This document shows, piece by piece, positions 1-14,169 of a stretch of DNA of 64,000 nt. The notes under the pieces are model-generated. The model had not been told where the DNA came from. It saw only the letters and a program-made list of their open reading frames with translations, and searched no databases. Within the stretch, counting starts at the first letter, position 1, and the number at the start of each line of letters is the position of its first letter. The position numbers were made by a program, and so were the translations under genes. The DNA is taken from positions 49,662,001 to 49,726,000 of the forward strand of contig OZ024750.1 in the NCBI GenBank assembly GCA_964016885.1, in the 5' to 3' direction. The stretch comes from Eledone cirrhosa (Eukaryota).

Positions 1-2
1 TA

Positions 3-2300
3 ACAGTTGAACAGCTGCGATTGGCTCTAAGAAAAACCAGCAAATGGAAATCCCCAGGAAAAGACAAAATACAAAACTCTTGGATAAATGCCTTCACAGA
101 GTCTCATGAGCTGTTAGCCCAACTTTACAATGAAATAGTTAAGGAGCCAGAAAAGATACCATCATGGCTAGTTAACGGCATTACATTCCTGCTACCGAAG
201 AATGATGAGACAAACAATCCCAAAAATTACAGACCGATAACCTGCTTGACCACAATGTATAAAATTTTAACATCAGTCCTAACTGAATACACATATGACC
301 ACCTGATAACAAATGACCTATTTCCCATTGAGCAGAAAGGGTGTAAACGAGGCTCATATGGCTGTAAGGATCAGCTTCTGGTTAACAAAATGATACTGGA
401 AGATTGTCATAATAGACACAAAAATCTATCGATTGCTTGGATAGATTATAAAAAAGCATTTGATAGTTTGCCACACAGTTGGATTGAAAAATGTTTAGAG
501 ATTTTCAAAATATCCCCCGTTGTCAGGAGGTTTTTGTCATTCAGTATGAGGACATGGAGAACGACACTCCTTTTGAATAGTGAAACAAAATCACTGGAAG
601 CTGGAGAAGTTAACATTAATTGTGGAATTTTTCAGGGTGACTCTTTATCACCGCTTTTATTCTGCATCGCACTTATACCATTAAGTAAAATGCTCAATGA
701 AACAAAACATGGATATAGAGTCTATGACAAAACCATTAATCACCTGTTCTACATGGATGACCTGAAACTATTCGCAAAAAATGATGAACAATTGCAAGGG
801 CTATTATCCACTGTGAAGCAGTTCAGTGATGACATTAAAATGGAGTTTGGACTGGATAAATGCGCCAAAGCAACGTTCACCAGAGGAAAGCTGCTGAAGA
901 GTTCAGACATTAATCTTGATCGGGGGAACGTGATAAGAGAGCTTGATCAAGAACAAACTTACAAATATCTAGGTGTTTGTGAAGGAGACGGAATCAAGCA
1001 CTCGACAATGAGGGAAAGGATAAGGAAGGAATGTTACCGCAGAGTCAGAGCAATCTTAAGAACGGAATTGAATGCAAGGAATAGGATCGATGCCATAAAC
1101 ACGCTTGCCATACCAGTAGTAACCTACAGTTACAATGTCATCAACTGGTCAAGCACAGAGATCCGTAGGCTCGATACAAAAATCCGAAAATTCTTAACCA
1201 TGCACAGAATGCATCACCCTAAGGCAGACATAGATAGAATATATCTCCCTAGGAAAGAAGGAGGACGTGGGTTAATCCAGTTAGACATTGCGTTGAAAAC
1301 TGCAACAATTGGATTATCCACATATCTAAGGGAATCACATGATTGGATGATCAAACTCGTTTTGAAACACGAAAGCACCAAAAGATCATATTCCATTACA
1401 AAAGATGCACAAAGATACAATAATGGACTACAAATTTCAGAAGTCCCATTTACTGCTGAAATGGAAAACACAGAAAAAGCAAAGCAGGTAAAAGTAACTG
1501 CAAAGAAAGAACTGCTACAGAAACTGGCTAAGAAATGGCAAGAAAAGCCTCTGTATGGAAAATACCCAGAGCGAGCTAACAATCCTGATGTTGACAAAAC
1601 TTTAAGCCATCAGTGGTTGGCATCCTCTGGACTGAAATCGGAGACTGAAGGACTGATTATATCCGCACAAGATCAGTGTCTGCCAACAAAAAATTACCAA
1701 GCCAACATAATAAAAAATGGGTGCAGCCCATTATGCCGTGTATGCAAAAAACAACCAGAGACCATTGACCATATAATTTCAATGTGCAGTCCTATAGCTC
1801 CAACCGAATACCTAAACAGGCATGACAGAGCTGCACAATACATACATTGGATAATGTGTAAGCATTTTGACCTGCCCCATCAAAAGAATTGGTGGGAGCA
1901 TCAACCACCTCCCATACTTGAAAAAGATCACATCTCAATCTTGTGGAACTTTAGCATCCAAACAGACCGAAAAATAGATGCAAATAGACCTGATATAATA
2001 TTGAAGGACTTTCAAAGGAGGGTATGCCTGCTAATTGATATGTCTGTTCCAATAGACAAGAATGTATCTATAAAAACATTTGAAAAATTGAGCAAGTATA
2101 AGGACCTGGAGATAGAAATTGGAAAAATGTGGACATTGAGAACTAAAACAATACCAGTGGTTGTAGGCGCTCTGGGAATGATACCTAAGGGGTCTAACGA
2201 CTACTTATCGCATATCCCAGGAAACCCGCGTATAGGAGAAATACAAAAGATAGTACTAATGGGAACTGCCCATATACTAAGGAAGATCCTGTCAATATAA
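3..2300 (+). CDS. R4/Dong-clade non-LTR retrotransposon ORF (reverse transcriptase + CCHC zinc knuckle + restriction-like endonuclease), 5'-open at the window edge
   Basis: Uninterrupted frame, open back to position 3. RT motifs NYRPITCL, DYKKAFDS, GIFQGDSLSPLLF, YMDD and YKYLG. Zinc knuckle CRVC-x8-H-x4-C, then RHD and RPDI..D..K..KY (PD-D/ExK RLE). Followed by a short 3' UTR and a (TAA)n tail. Confidence 0.93.
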   Translation, partial: TVEQLRLALRKTSKWKSPGKDKIQNSWINAFTESHELLAQLYNEIVKEPEKIPSWLVNGITFLLPKNDETNNPKNYRPITCLTTMYKILTSVLTEYTYDHLITNDLFPIEQKGCKRGSYGCKDQLLVNKMILEDCHNRHKNLSIAWIDYKKAFDSLPHSWIEKCLEIFKISPVVRRFLSFSMRTWRTTLLLNSETKSLEAGEVNINCGIFQGDSLSPLLFCIALIPLSKMLNETKHGYRVYDKTINHLFYMDDLKLFAKNDEQLQGLLSTVKQFSDDIKMEFGLDKCAKATFTRGKLLKSSDINLDRGNVIRELDQEQTYKYLGVCEGDGIKHSTMRERIRKECYRRVRAILRTELNARNRIDAINTLAIPVVTYSYNVINWSSTEIRRLDTKIRKFLTMHRMHHPKADIDRIYLPRKEGGRGLIQLDIALKTATIGLSTYLRESHDWMIKLVLKHESTKRSYSITKDAQRYNNGLQISEVPFTAEMENTEKAKQVKVTAKKELLQKLAKKWQEKPLYGKYPERANNPDVDKTLSHQWLASSGLKSETEGLIISAQDQCLPTKNYQANIIKNGCSPLCRVCKKQPETIDHIISMCSPIAPTEYLNRHDRAAQYIHWIMCKHFDLPHQKNWWEHQPPPILEKDHISILWNFSIQTDRKIDANRPDIILKDFQRRVCLLIDMSVPIDKNVSIKTFEKLSKYKDLEIEIGKMWTLRTKTIPVVVGALGMIPKGSNDYLSHIPGNPRIGEIQKIVLMGTAHILRKILSI

Positions 2301-2440
2301 GTACATCACAAGTCTAAACACTAAGGATGCATGTGTGAATATGTGTGTTCTTTCTTGAACATGGCGGACCTTGTTGTCTCTTGAGGTCACTGGTTGTGAC
2401 TTGGTGATAACTCGTATAAACATAAAGCAAGATAAATGCA

Positions 2441-2518
<78 letters not shown>

Positions 2519-2531
2519 AAGAAGAAGAAGA
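2441..2531 (+). repeat. (TAA)n(GAA)n compound microsatellite forming the 3' tail/target of the Dong-like LINE
   Basis: Read directly from the sequence, about 140 bp after the ORF stop. Confidence 0.95.
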
Positions 2532-2837
2532 CATATATGAAAATTATTGCACTAAGACGGTAATAACAATTGTACAGAAAATATGAATAAATTAAAACAA
2601 ATAGAGTTAATGACAACTAATTCGGTGAGATTGCCAGTAATTTGTGGGAAAGAGGAAATCAATTATATCGACCCAAGTAATTTACCCTATTGTCCCCCGA
2701 AAAGTGGGAGTTGACATCACCGGGATTTGAACTCTTAACGTAGAGTATCGTAATGAAACTCTGCAATGCCTTTCATGTGGCGCATTAACGATTCTATTAC
2801 AAAAGAGTAACAAGAAATAACGAAGACAATCTCAATA

Positions 2838-3737
2838 TCTATATATATATATATAAAACTGAGGATGTGTGAGTTTTAATCCCTAAAACTCGAGAACCAC
2901 CCAAACGACTGTTTTCAAACTCTACAGATGTAATACTTATGTCTGACGGCGTGTTCTGAGAAAAGAAAATGTCAAATGTTCAATGCGCTAGAGACCGCAT
3001 TAGGCGATTTAGAGATATCTTTCTATAATTCTTAGTCTTTCTCTTTTTAGATAGATACATGCATATAACATCGCGCCCTTATAATATATGTCTGTATGTC
3101 TGTGTGTCTGCATTACGTCAGTTCCTTGAGGATGTATGTATGTGTGTGTGTGTGTGTGTGTGAGTTTGAATCCCTAAAACTCGAGAAGTACCCAACCGAC
3201 TTTTTTCCAACTTTACACGTGTATTGCTTATGTTTCAAGCAGTGTTATGCACATAAAATTCAACTTTGTGATCCCCTAGGGCCTGCATTAGATGAAAAAC
3301 TGTGTTTTTTCAGGTTTTTAGGGTTTTTTGAGGCGTTACGTCAGACCGATTTCCTTGAAATTGTAACTATGTATTAGGCATTCTATTCTTCATACCGTGA
3401 GCAAAGAAACCCAACTTGTTTATGGCCTAAGCCCGTATGAGATGAAAGACTCCATTTTTTCAGCTTTTTAGGGCTTTTTGAGGCGTTATGTCTAGCCGAT
3501 TTTCCCGAAATGTCAAAGCATATTATGCACATAAACAAATTCATTTTCTTGATCCCCAAGGGCCCGCATTAGGTAAAAATATGCATTTTTCCTGCTTCAT
3601 CGAGGAAAATCTTAAAGATTATTCCTGTTTATTTTCTTTACATATTGTTCAAAAATGCAGTTTTTCCACGATTAGTTGTGTTGGCGGCCCGCGTTACAAA
3701 ATATATTATCCCTTGCAACGCCGGGTACCACTGCTAG
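2838..3737 (+). mobile_element. Non-autonomous Helitron-like element
   Basis: Starts A|TCTATATAT..AAAACTGAGGATGTGTG, has internal subrepeats (TCCCTAAAACTCGAGAA twice) and ends GCAACGCCGGGTACCACTGCTAG|T, matching TC...CTAG termini inserted between A and T. Confidence 0.65.
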
Positions 3738-3976
3738 TGTATAACATAAAAGTAAAGGGAAAAATATATACATAAGACCATGAACTAGGGGAAGCAGCGT
3801 TAGAAGACAACAGCTTGGCAAAGTGATTTTGTGGAAGACCAGCAGTCACCCATACTAGGAAGAGTATTTTAGAGTGCAACTATAATGTTCAAGCAAACAA
3901 TAACACACCTACGCATACATACACATACATACATACACACACACACACATACACACACACACACACACACACCTAT

Positions 3977-4035
<59 letters not shown>

Positions 4036-4179
4036 AAAATAACAGATTAAAGTTTAAGCAAAGAATCGCTGCCTGTATATTTATTTGATATATATTTATC
4101 CTTATCTCTTTGAATTTTAGTCTTCAAATTTATTATTATGACTATATATATATATAAAAACTATATATATTTATATATA

Positions 4180-4529
<350 letters not shown>

Positions 4530-4730
4530 AGAAGAAATTAAAGATGTTTAATAAAGTTTCATTTATTTTATTATGCGCATTTCAAAAACAAATATCACCC
4601 TGGGACGATATTTGCGTTCTCATCAGATAAAATAGGGAGACATGATATGAAGCTTAAAAAAAACACTTGTGAGCAAGGTACCATCTAAACAACATATATT
4701 GTGCTACAATAAAACTCACCTCCTACACAT

Positions 4731-4807
<77 letters not shown>

Positions 4808-4842
4808 TTATATGAATCAAACTTCTGTTCAAATCATTTATA

Positions 4843-4889
4843 TGCTTACAATTGTTTCCTCCAAACCGGGGTTTGGATTCTTCGGAGCA
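4843..4889 (-). ncRNA. Minimal type-I hammerhead ribozyme motif (U4C variant)
   Basis: Minus strand TGCT-CCGAAGA-A-TCCAAACC-CC-GGTTTGGA-G-GAAA-CAATTG-TA-AGCA: stem I, 8-bp stem II, palindromic stem III, GUA site. Confidence 0.7.
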
Positions 4890-6329
4890 ATTTATTAATG
4901 AATGATCACATATATGACCTACTTTTCAACCCAAGAGACATACAGAAACATATGCATATATTGTTGCTTGGTGGGTCGACATCCATTATAACATTTAGCG
5001 TGGCAGTATACATTTAGAGATTACATTCATATCAAAAGACGATAAAATTATAATTAAAGTTAAAATACAACATGAAATTAATGCGATAGGATAGTCAGAA
5101 CCAGTTAGTGTGTGAAATAGTTACACTTGTGGCAAGCACGTGTGTCTTATTTATATAATATTATAGTGCGGCAGGGTGTTACATGTAATACAAGCACTTC
5201 AAACGGGTAATCAAGAGTATTAGGGGGTTGTACTGGTAATATATCTTTTATATGAATGTTATAGAAGCTTGTGTGTAGAGAAATATTATAAATATTAAAA
5301 ATATTAGAAATGTGTAGCAAAGCGATGATAAGGTTTTCGTGTACAACACCATTTTCACAGTCCGGAGAGCGTAATATCTAGATTATATGCCCCTCACATA
5401 ATCCACGACGATTCAATATTGGACGTTTGATGATTCTGTTAGAGTATCATATTGTGTTGGTCTTTAGTCCAATTTATATAGCAGGTTGTTTTAGTTGCGA
5501 GAATTAACATCGTATTATTTTCCAGAAGTATGTGTGTGACTAAGGGGAGTTAATGCGTGAGGGGAGGTAACTCGCTGATTTCTATAACTAAATATCATCC
5601 TAATGTACATTAAATGGTGTCTCAAAATATTCCCTATCTTATATGGTTTTAAACAGTTTCTAAAAAGTTAAAGTGTCCTATCTATAATTAGAGTGTAGTC
5701 TATCAAGAAGTACTGAAGGTGTTTATATTATGGTCATTATCCTCCATTATAGAGGGCCACAATTGAATATTTCACACGAAGAGCCAGATCCCCAAATCAA
5801 TGATCATTGTAATTGTAGTCTACCCGTAGAACCTGGAAGGGTTTTAATAAAATCACTTCTATATATAATAATTCCTGGTAAGCTCTGGGTCAGTGCATGT
5901 CAAATTGGATGTCAAAGTTAACTACCACTAGGGTAGACCAGAGGTCAATCCTCACTTAACATGTCATTAATCCGACCATCAATTCATACATATATGTACA
6001 ATTCAAACGCCACTTGCATATCATTCATGCACCCAGCATATAGGTTATATATAGCTCATCAATGTTAATAAATTAATTAGTCTTCCACTTATCCAACGGT
6101 GGCACTCCATCCACAGAACACCAACATTGCAATCAATTCAATGTTTAAATGTTACATTAATTATATAGTGGTGTAATGTAGTTCAAGCAATTGAATGCAG
6201 TCACACCGAAAGTAGATGTACAAAGGCGTATTTCTACTGTAAAGGGTTCTAGAGAGATGTCACTATTTGTGTTATATTGGATCAATGAGTGTGGGGATGT
6301 GGTATAAGGTGTGCCCTTGGTGTTTGATG

Positions 6330-7545
6330 CTAGAGGTAATGCCTGGTTCAAGTCTGATTTGCTATATATTGGGTTTAAAGTTTTGGAAGGAATGTCGGAA
6401 GCGGTGCTGGCAAGACGCGAACACTTCAGATATTTTGTTAAGTAGGTTATGTTTAGAGAAGATAATAGTATGGGTCTCTAGTAGACAGAGGTTACAACAT
6501 TTATTAGGTGGTTTGTACGAGGTGGCGCTACCTATCACTTCCCATTTAAGTGTGTAAGATTTATTTTTAGTTTATAGATAGTGTATGTAGCTAGATAGTG
6601 AGGTGGAGTTGGCTAGACTGTGTTTTTTGAACGACTGGATGTGCGAATTATATCTGGTTTAGAAGCAGTTAGAAGTGGAGCCTACATAGGTTTCTGAAGA
6701 GTTGCTAGTTATGACGGTGCATGAGTATATGATATCCTTGATCAAGCATTTTTTATCTAAAGGGCAGGTTCTATTTGCTCTACAGTTACAATTAATCTGG
6801 GTGTTAGTCTGCTGGTTAATATGTTGTGTAGAAGTCCGGGTGGTAGCTATAGGATTAAGGATATGGAGATTGTCGTCCCCGGTGTTATTGCTTATACTAG
6901 TGCTATTACTACTATTACTACCGTTATTAGTGTTACTTGCTATAAGGTTATTGTGAAGGTTTGCCCCCTGTTGCGATTTAGATTGTTGGAAGTAAGAATT
7001 AATTTTTAGTTTATTGCTACTAGCTATGTGGTATGCTATGTTAGGCATCGTAGAGTAGGAGATTTTAATAGTGTTTTGGTTTAAAAGGTTATGGTACTTT
7101 ATCTAGTAATGAGAAGAAAGCCTTAGGTATGTTGGTAGAGACGTTTAGGTTGAAAGAAGGGTTGAAAAATGTGTTATTTCTTCTTCAATTTTTGTTTTTT
7201 ATGTCTGGTGTGTTGTTTCCTCTTAAGGTAATATGGTAGTTTCTGTGGTGTGGGTTACTTTTGATGGTATCCTCCGTTTTAGTGTGTGTGTGGTTGCTAT
7301 TCTTATTACTAAGTTTCCTCATGGACATATTGTGCGAGATAATGTTGTAGCTATGTGTTTTCGTAAATAGGAACTGAATCTCTATATTATGGCCAGATCT
7401 AGCTAATGCTTGATTATAATATTGCGAGTTTTTTGCTAAATATGTTTGCGTCATAAGATAGATTAGAGATTCTATTGGATACCCCCTTAGAGATAGAGTT
7501 TAATATTGATCTAGGGTGGTTAGACTTGGTATCTACGTAAATGTG
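6330..7545 (-). mobile_element. Penelope-like element remnant (RT thumb/linker + GIY-YIG endonuclease), frameshifted
   Basis: ORF 6659-7048 has CNCR..CPL..C..IIYSC...YVGST (Cys linker + GIY-YIG). Upstream fragments read like YVDTKSNHP..ILNS, YYNQALARSG and FFNPSFNLNV. Confidence 0.8.
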
Positions 7546-7649
7546 TTTTTCGTTAGGTTATGGAAAGGTGTATAACAGGGCATATCAGAGTATTGACAAT
7601 ATTATACACCTCAACAACATATGTACTTGTCTATACCATACTAAGTCAA

Positions 7650-7704
7650 ACTGCCTGAAGAGGTCACAGCCAAAGATGGCTGTCACTGAAATATATATAG
7701 CAGT
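7650..7704 (+). ncRNA. Minimal type-I hammerhead ribozyme motif
   Basis: ACTGC-CTGAAGA-ggtcACAGCCA-aaga-TGGCTGTcact-GAAA-TATATA-TA-GCAGT: 5-bp stem I and canonical core. Confidence 0.8.
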
Positions 7705-8389
7705 AATAAACGAAGCTAAATTTTATTCATTTGACTTTTTATTTAACTTTATTTTATATATATATATATATATATACAATACATTAACAGAGAAAGCTTT
7801 AAGCTATACTCTGACTGGCTTCCATCTCACTCAACAAACATTAGGATATACCTTAGTATAATCCCAATTTTATGTTTGGGGTGCTAGCTATATGTATTTT
7901 GCGGAAGGCCAGTAGTATTATTTTATATGAGACATAATTAAAATATATCTCCTTTTCCAAACAATTGTTTCATTATAAGTTTTCTACAAGTTGGGAGAAT
8001 GTGTCCGGGTTATGTAGAAGCCTTCACACATTCCGTAGTAATATATGCAGGTGGGCACTTATAAATCATCAGTGGATGCCCGTCAAACATCGATATAAAA
8101 AAACTATCTTACCGATGTGTAATCCCATGTCAGCGATGGTCTCTCTCTGTATCAGAATGACCGCCAAATTTGAAATTCCAGCCGTCTCAGAATGAGGAGT
8201 CTCACACTCTCTTAGCGGAAAGGGTAGGTCATCGGGAAACACAAGGATTTAAAATAATATATATATATATATAGTAGAAATAATTAATATTATTCTTTAC
8301 ATGTCTTAGATTAAACTAAAACTATGTTGACAATCTTTTAAAAATGTCTACTTCGTTAAATCTGTGGTCTTGTTTTGCTTAGCTAATGG

Positions 8390-8457
<68 letters not shown>

Positions 8458-8758
8458 ATTAGCTAAGCAAAACAAGACCACAGCAAGGTAGCGTCTAAAC
8501 AACATATATTGTGCTACAATAATACTCACCTCCTACACACACACACACACATATATATATATATTCAGGTTTGAGGTTCACCACTGTATAGAGCTGGTCT
8601 ATTCCGTATGGTCAATCGTAATGCAATAATATAGAGAGTACTCAACGTAAAGCAGTTCAACCGTCTTTGTTTTTGAAGTTGGTGGTGCTATTACGGAGTT
8701 AAATATTATAATGTAATGACAGGAGGCTGGATTTGTGTAAATCCTTGAAAGGTTTATT

Positions 8759-8816
8759 ATACTATGATCATTTCAATGACCGGGTTCCGTATGAATCCGG
8801 TGATATCATCAGGTAT
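8759..8816 (-). ncRNA. Minimal type-I hammerhead ribozyme motif
   Basis: Minus strand ATAC-CTGATGA-tatcACCGG..CCGGTcatt-GAAA-TGATCA-TA-GTAT. Confidence 0.75.
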
Positions 8817-9054
8817 TCGAAATATAATACGTGAATGTAATAGGTAAAATCCATGGGGCTGAAAATCGAGACCCGAGGGCGACCGCTATTCTGTTCCTTC
8901 AACCTCAGCCGGTCGCCCTGGAGTGATATATATATATATAAATTTCAGGTTATCAATAATGTAGTGATAATATATCGTTACGTTAGAGATGAACAGCGTA
9001 CGTGTAGGTTTGCTCAACGAGTATAAATTATATTCCGGAGAAAATGTAGAAAAG

Positions 9055-10182
<1,128 letters not shown>

Positions 10183-10281
10183 CTAAGCAAAACAAGTCCA
10201 CAGATTTCACGAAGTAGACATTATTAAAAGATTGTCAACATAGTTTTAGTTTAATGTAAGGAATGTAAAGAATAATATTAA

Positions 10282-10468
10282 TTATTTCTACTTTTGGCAC
10301 AATGCCAGCAATTACACAGTACATTACTGGTACATTATTTTATCGACCCGACCCCGTAAGGATGAAAGACAAAGTTAACCTCGGCGGGATTTGAACTCAG
10401 ACCGCAAAGGGACGTAACTACTTTGGAAAGCATGACTTCCGACTCTCTGCCTATACTGCCAATCCACC
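10282..10468 (-). mobile_element. tRNA-derived SINE copy
   Basis: Minus strand has a TGGCAGTAT A-box, a GAGTTCAAATCC B-box, a central TTTCATCCTTACGGGGTCG..AGTAATG domain and an AGTAGAAA tail. Confidence 0.8.
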
Positions 10469-10499
10469 AAGAATAATAACAATAATACTAATAATGTCT

Positions 10500-10618
10500 G
10501 TTTACAATTGTTTCGCTATTCCATATAATGTGTCTGGGTCAAATGATTAAATATCATTATTGATCTGGTTCAGTTGAAGATAATTAACTTAGGTAAAATT
10601 GGAGCAGCTCATCGGAAC
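10500..10618 (-). ncRNA. Hammerhead ribozyme motif with long stem II (U4C variant)
   Basis: Minus strand GTT-CCGATGA-GCTGCTCCA-(about 75 nt)-TGGAATAGC-GAAA-CAATTG-TA-AAC. Confidence 0.6.
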
Positions 10619-10781
10619 TTTAAAAGGAATATAAATTAAGATAAAAAAGATGGTCACATGAATGCAATGTTCAATATATTCGTTTTTCACTATGGTGTCC
10701 TGGGTATATCTATTGGCTGCCATATGCGAGCAATATTCTGTCAATTTTCTGTTAATATTATGTTAAGAGTCTGTTAATTTT

Positions 10782-10817
<36 letters not shown>

Positions 10818-10898
10818 AAAATTAACAGACTATTAACATAATATTAACAGAAAATTGACAGAATATAGCTCGCATATGGCAAACAATAGATATACCCA

Positions 10899-11100
<202 letters not shown>

Positions 11101-11116
11101 ATATATATATATATAT

Positions 11117-11160
<44 letters not shown>

Positions 11161-11828
11161 GGTAAATTAACAAAGAGACCACAAGAAAGAACAGAATGAA
11201 GGTAACAAAAATAATGTTTTCAAGAGGAGACATTAAAACATTATTATTATTTTGTAAAGAAAAATAACAACGAAGAACACAACTCTATGATCATCGGTTG
11301 TAGCGATGAATTTTGGCAGTTTCGCCCCCTTCCAACGGTACTACCGTTTCAACTGGGTCACAGCGTCTGACGCAAGCCGAACGCTGTCCAATAGAAGAAG
11401 AAACGCGGGACAGAACATAAATGTGTAGCAATTAAGCTACAACAAATACACATATAATTTGCTGTAACGTTAGATAAACGAGTGGCATGAGAGTCATAAA
11501 TATAACAAAGAAAAAAAAAGAAAGAAGAATGTAAGATGTGTTTAAAATGTGAGATATCGAAATAAATGGTGGAAGATGTCTTCAAATGAGAATGGATAAA
11601 GTATAGAAAATAAGAGATAACACGTATGTCGCATTACTATGGATAAACTACAGAAAATTAACAATATCAGTGGGACGATTCTTCCAGCTGCATTACCACC
11701 CACTGTATATCTCTACATGAATGTTGTCCACCAGCTGGGAAGCTGGCCGCAATATCACTAACTGACATTATATATATATATAGAGAGAGAGAGACTCATT
11801 CTATACTTCTGTATTAAATATATCATAA

Positions 11829-11932
11829 CCCGCCGAGGTCAACTTTGCCTTTCAACCTTACGGGGTCGATACAATACAGTACCATTAATGCACTGAGTAA
11901 TTGCTGGCCTTGTGCAAACAAGTAGAAACAAT
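11829..11932 (+). mobile_element. 5'-truncated SINE copy
   Basis: CCCGCCGAGGTCAACTTTGCCTTTCA..GGGGTCGAT..GTACCA..GGCCTTGTGC..AGTAGAAACAAT. Confidence 0.75.
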
Positions 11933-12091
11933 CATAAAATATTCTTTAAGATTATTTTGTCTTTACAATTCTTAGTGTACCCACACGTAATTAAACACTA
12001 GCAGGTTTTGTTATTTGTTGATTGTTTGTTCCATGTTTCGTTTTCCAATTTCCGTAAGGCAACTATTTTGATTTTATGGCTTTTGGGGAGT

Positions 12092-12246
12092 TTCAAATAA
12101 AGGTGTTCGATTCTTTTCAAATAAAGGTGTTCGATAATGGTGTTCAAATAAATGTGTTCAAGTAAAGGTGTTCGATAAAGGTGTTCAAATAAAGGTGTTC
12201 GATTCTTTTCAAATAGTATGTCGGCTGAGCCGACATACTATTTGAA
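12092..12246. repeat. Minisatellite (about 13-14 bp TAAAGGTGTTC[A/G]A units) ending in a perfect 19-bp-arm hairpin
   Basis: About seven degenerate units, then TTCAAATAGTATGTCGGCT-G-AGCCGACATACTATTTGAA at 12208-12246. Confidence 0.85.
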
Positions 12247-12406
12247 TTTTACCTTTGCGAACGCTACGTAATTTTCTCCACTCTTTGATACCTTAATTCC
12301 TTATATAGGTAAATACACACTTACATACAAATATACATAAATACACACACACATAGATAGATACATACATACATATATATATACATATATACATATATAT
12401 CAATAG

Positions 12407-12480
<74 letters not shown>

Positions 12481-12502
12481 TGTGAGTGAGAGAGAGAGAG
12501 AG

Positions 12503-13205
12503 AAGTAGTTCCACAACAGTTAGTTCACCATTACCGAGAGCAATTGTTTCACATTATTCGGATTATCAGCTCGGTTTAAATTAGGTTGTGCCGTAAAGGA
12601 AAAACAATTATACGAATACGCATGTGAAGAAAGAGTCACTTCCCCCGGGAGAGGAAAATCTACAATAGATCGATGTTAGGGAGATAACTGTGGATACTCG
12701 GAATAAATTATTCATGTTATTCAGAATATTATAGATTTTTCATGTTAGTCAATCTTGAGGTTTGTAATTATATAATGTGTGTTTCCAGATGTGTGGACAA
12801 CGTGACAAAACATCATTCATTGAATTTGGACAAGCGTTATGTAATCCTCTCACGATATTCATACTTTCTTCAATGCTCAGCCCATGAGACAGATTCACAT
12901 TTCCGTATGGCTTACACTTAGTAATAACTTTCAACGGGATAGAGTAATCTACGCCTGTGTCCTTGAGGTACCATACGCGGCTCGCGAGCTTCGTGGACGA
13001 TCGTTTGTCCGGGTATATGAAGGTCGACTACCGGGGGAAGTGTCTGTTCTTGCACATGCGTGTTCATACATTTGTTTTTCCTTTGCCGTACAACCTCTTT
13101 TAAACCGAGCTGATGATCTGAATAAGGTGAAACAATTGTACTCGGTAGTGGTGAAGTAACTGCTGTGGAACTACTTCTACCAAACTCGTCCAGTGTTCTA
13201 CTACT
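12503..13205. mobile_element. Internally deleted Penelope-like element (family A) with inverted pseudo-LTR termini
   Basis: 12504-12580 and 13100-13176 are inverted copies, each with an HHR. The internal minus-strand segment resembles the family A GIY-YIG 3' end (..SRCPHIWKHTL). Confidence 0.75.
13104..13146 (+). ncRNA. Minimal type-I hammerhead ribozyme in a PLE family A terminus
   Basis: ACCGAG-CTGATGA-tctgaataaggt-GAAA-CAATTG-TA-CTCGGT. The inverted copy at 12533-12575 has a mutated core. Confidence 0.8.
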
Positions 13206-13216
13206 ACTACTATATA

Positions 13217-13341
<125 letters not shown>

Positions 13342-13367
13342 ATTATATATATATATTATATATATAT

Positions 13368-13453
<86 letters not shown>

Positions 13454-13579
13454 AGGAGCAAAAAATTGCTTATTGTGATCCAGTTTTTGGTTAAGAAAGC
13501 CAGTTTCATTGATGGTTTCAACGTACGGTTAGGGGTAACTCCACAAGTTTGTAAGAATTCCGTTCAATCTTGGAGTATA

Positions 13580-14114
13580 AAGTATAAAAGTGAAAACACA
13601 GGTAAGCATTAAAATAAGGATTTAATCCAGGTATTTACGACCGTTTCATTGGTAAGTGCAACCTTATATTGCTATACTGTAAATAGCAGCCACTCAATTA
13701 TAATTGTTGTTCACAGTCCAAATTTTCAAAATAGTGAGTTACTCTTGAAATAATTCTTAATATATAGAGAAAAACATTTATTTGGAATTGTATTTACTAG
13801 TATATAGAGAGAGGAATCAGGAGGTGAGGGGACAGACGGCATAGTATATAGAGAGAGGAAGGGGTAAGAGGTAGGAAGTAGAGTGACAAACTGAGGTGGA
13901 GGTAGGGGTAGAGGTGGAAGGATTCTTTGGTCAGTTTTGATAGCAGACTTCATGTCGTGGAGTGTAGTGAGTTAAAGAGAATTAAATAGATAATAGTGGG
14001 AGGGATGGATAGAGAGGGAGAGAGAGAGAGAGAGAGGGAGGGGGGGAGATATAAAGAGATAAATATATATATATACACACATACATACACATACATATAT
14101 ATACACACACATAG

Positions 14115-14169
<55 letters not shown>

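Noticed and set aside
10380-10470. tRNA genes suggested by A/B boxes
   Set aside because: The boxes belong to SINE heads and no cloverleaf can be formed.
12092-12210. Possible CRISPR-like array
   Set aside because: Units are about 13 bp and adjacent, with no unique spacers and no cas genes, in a eukaryotic context.
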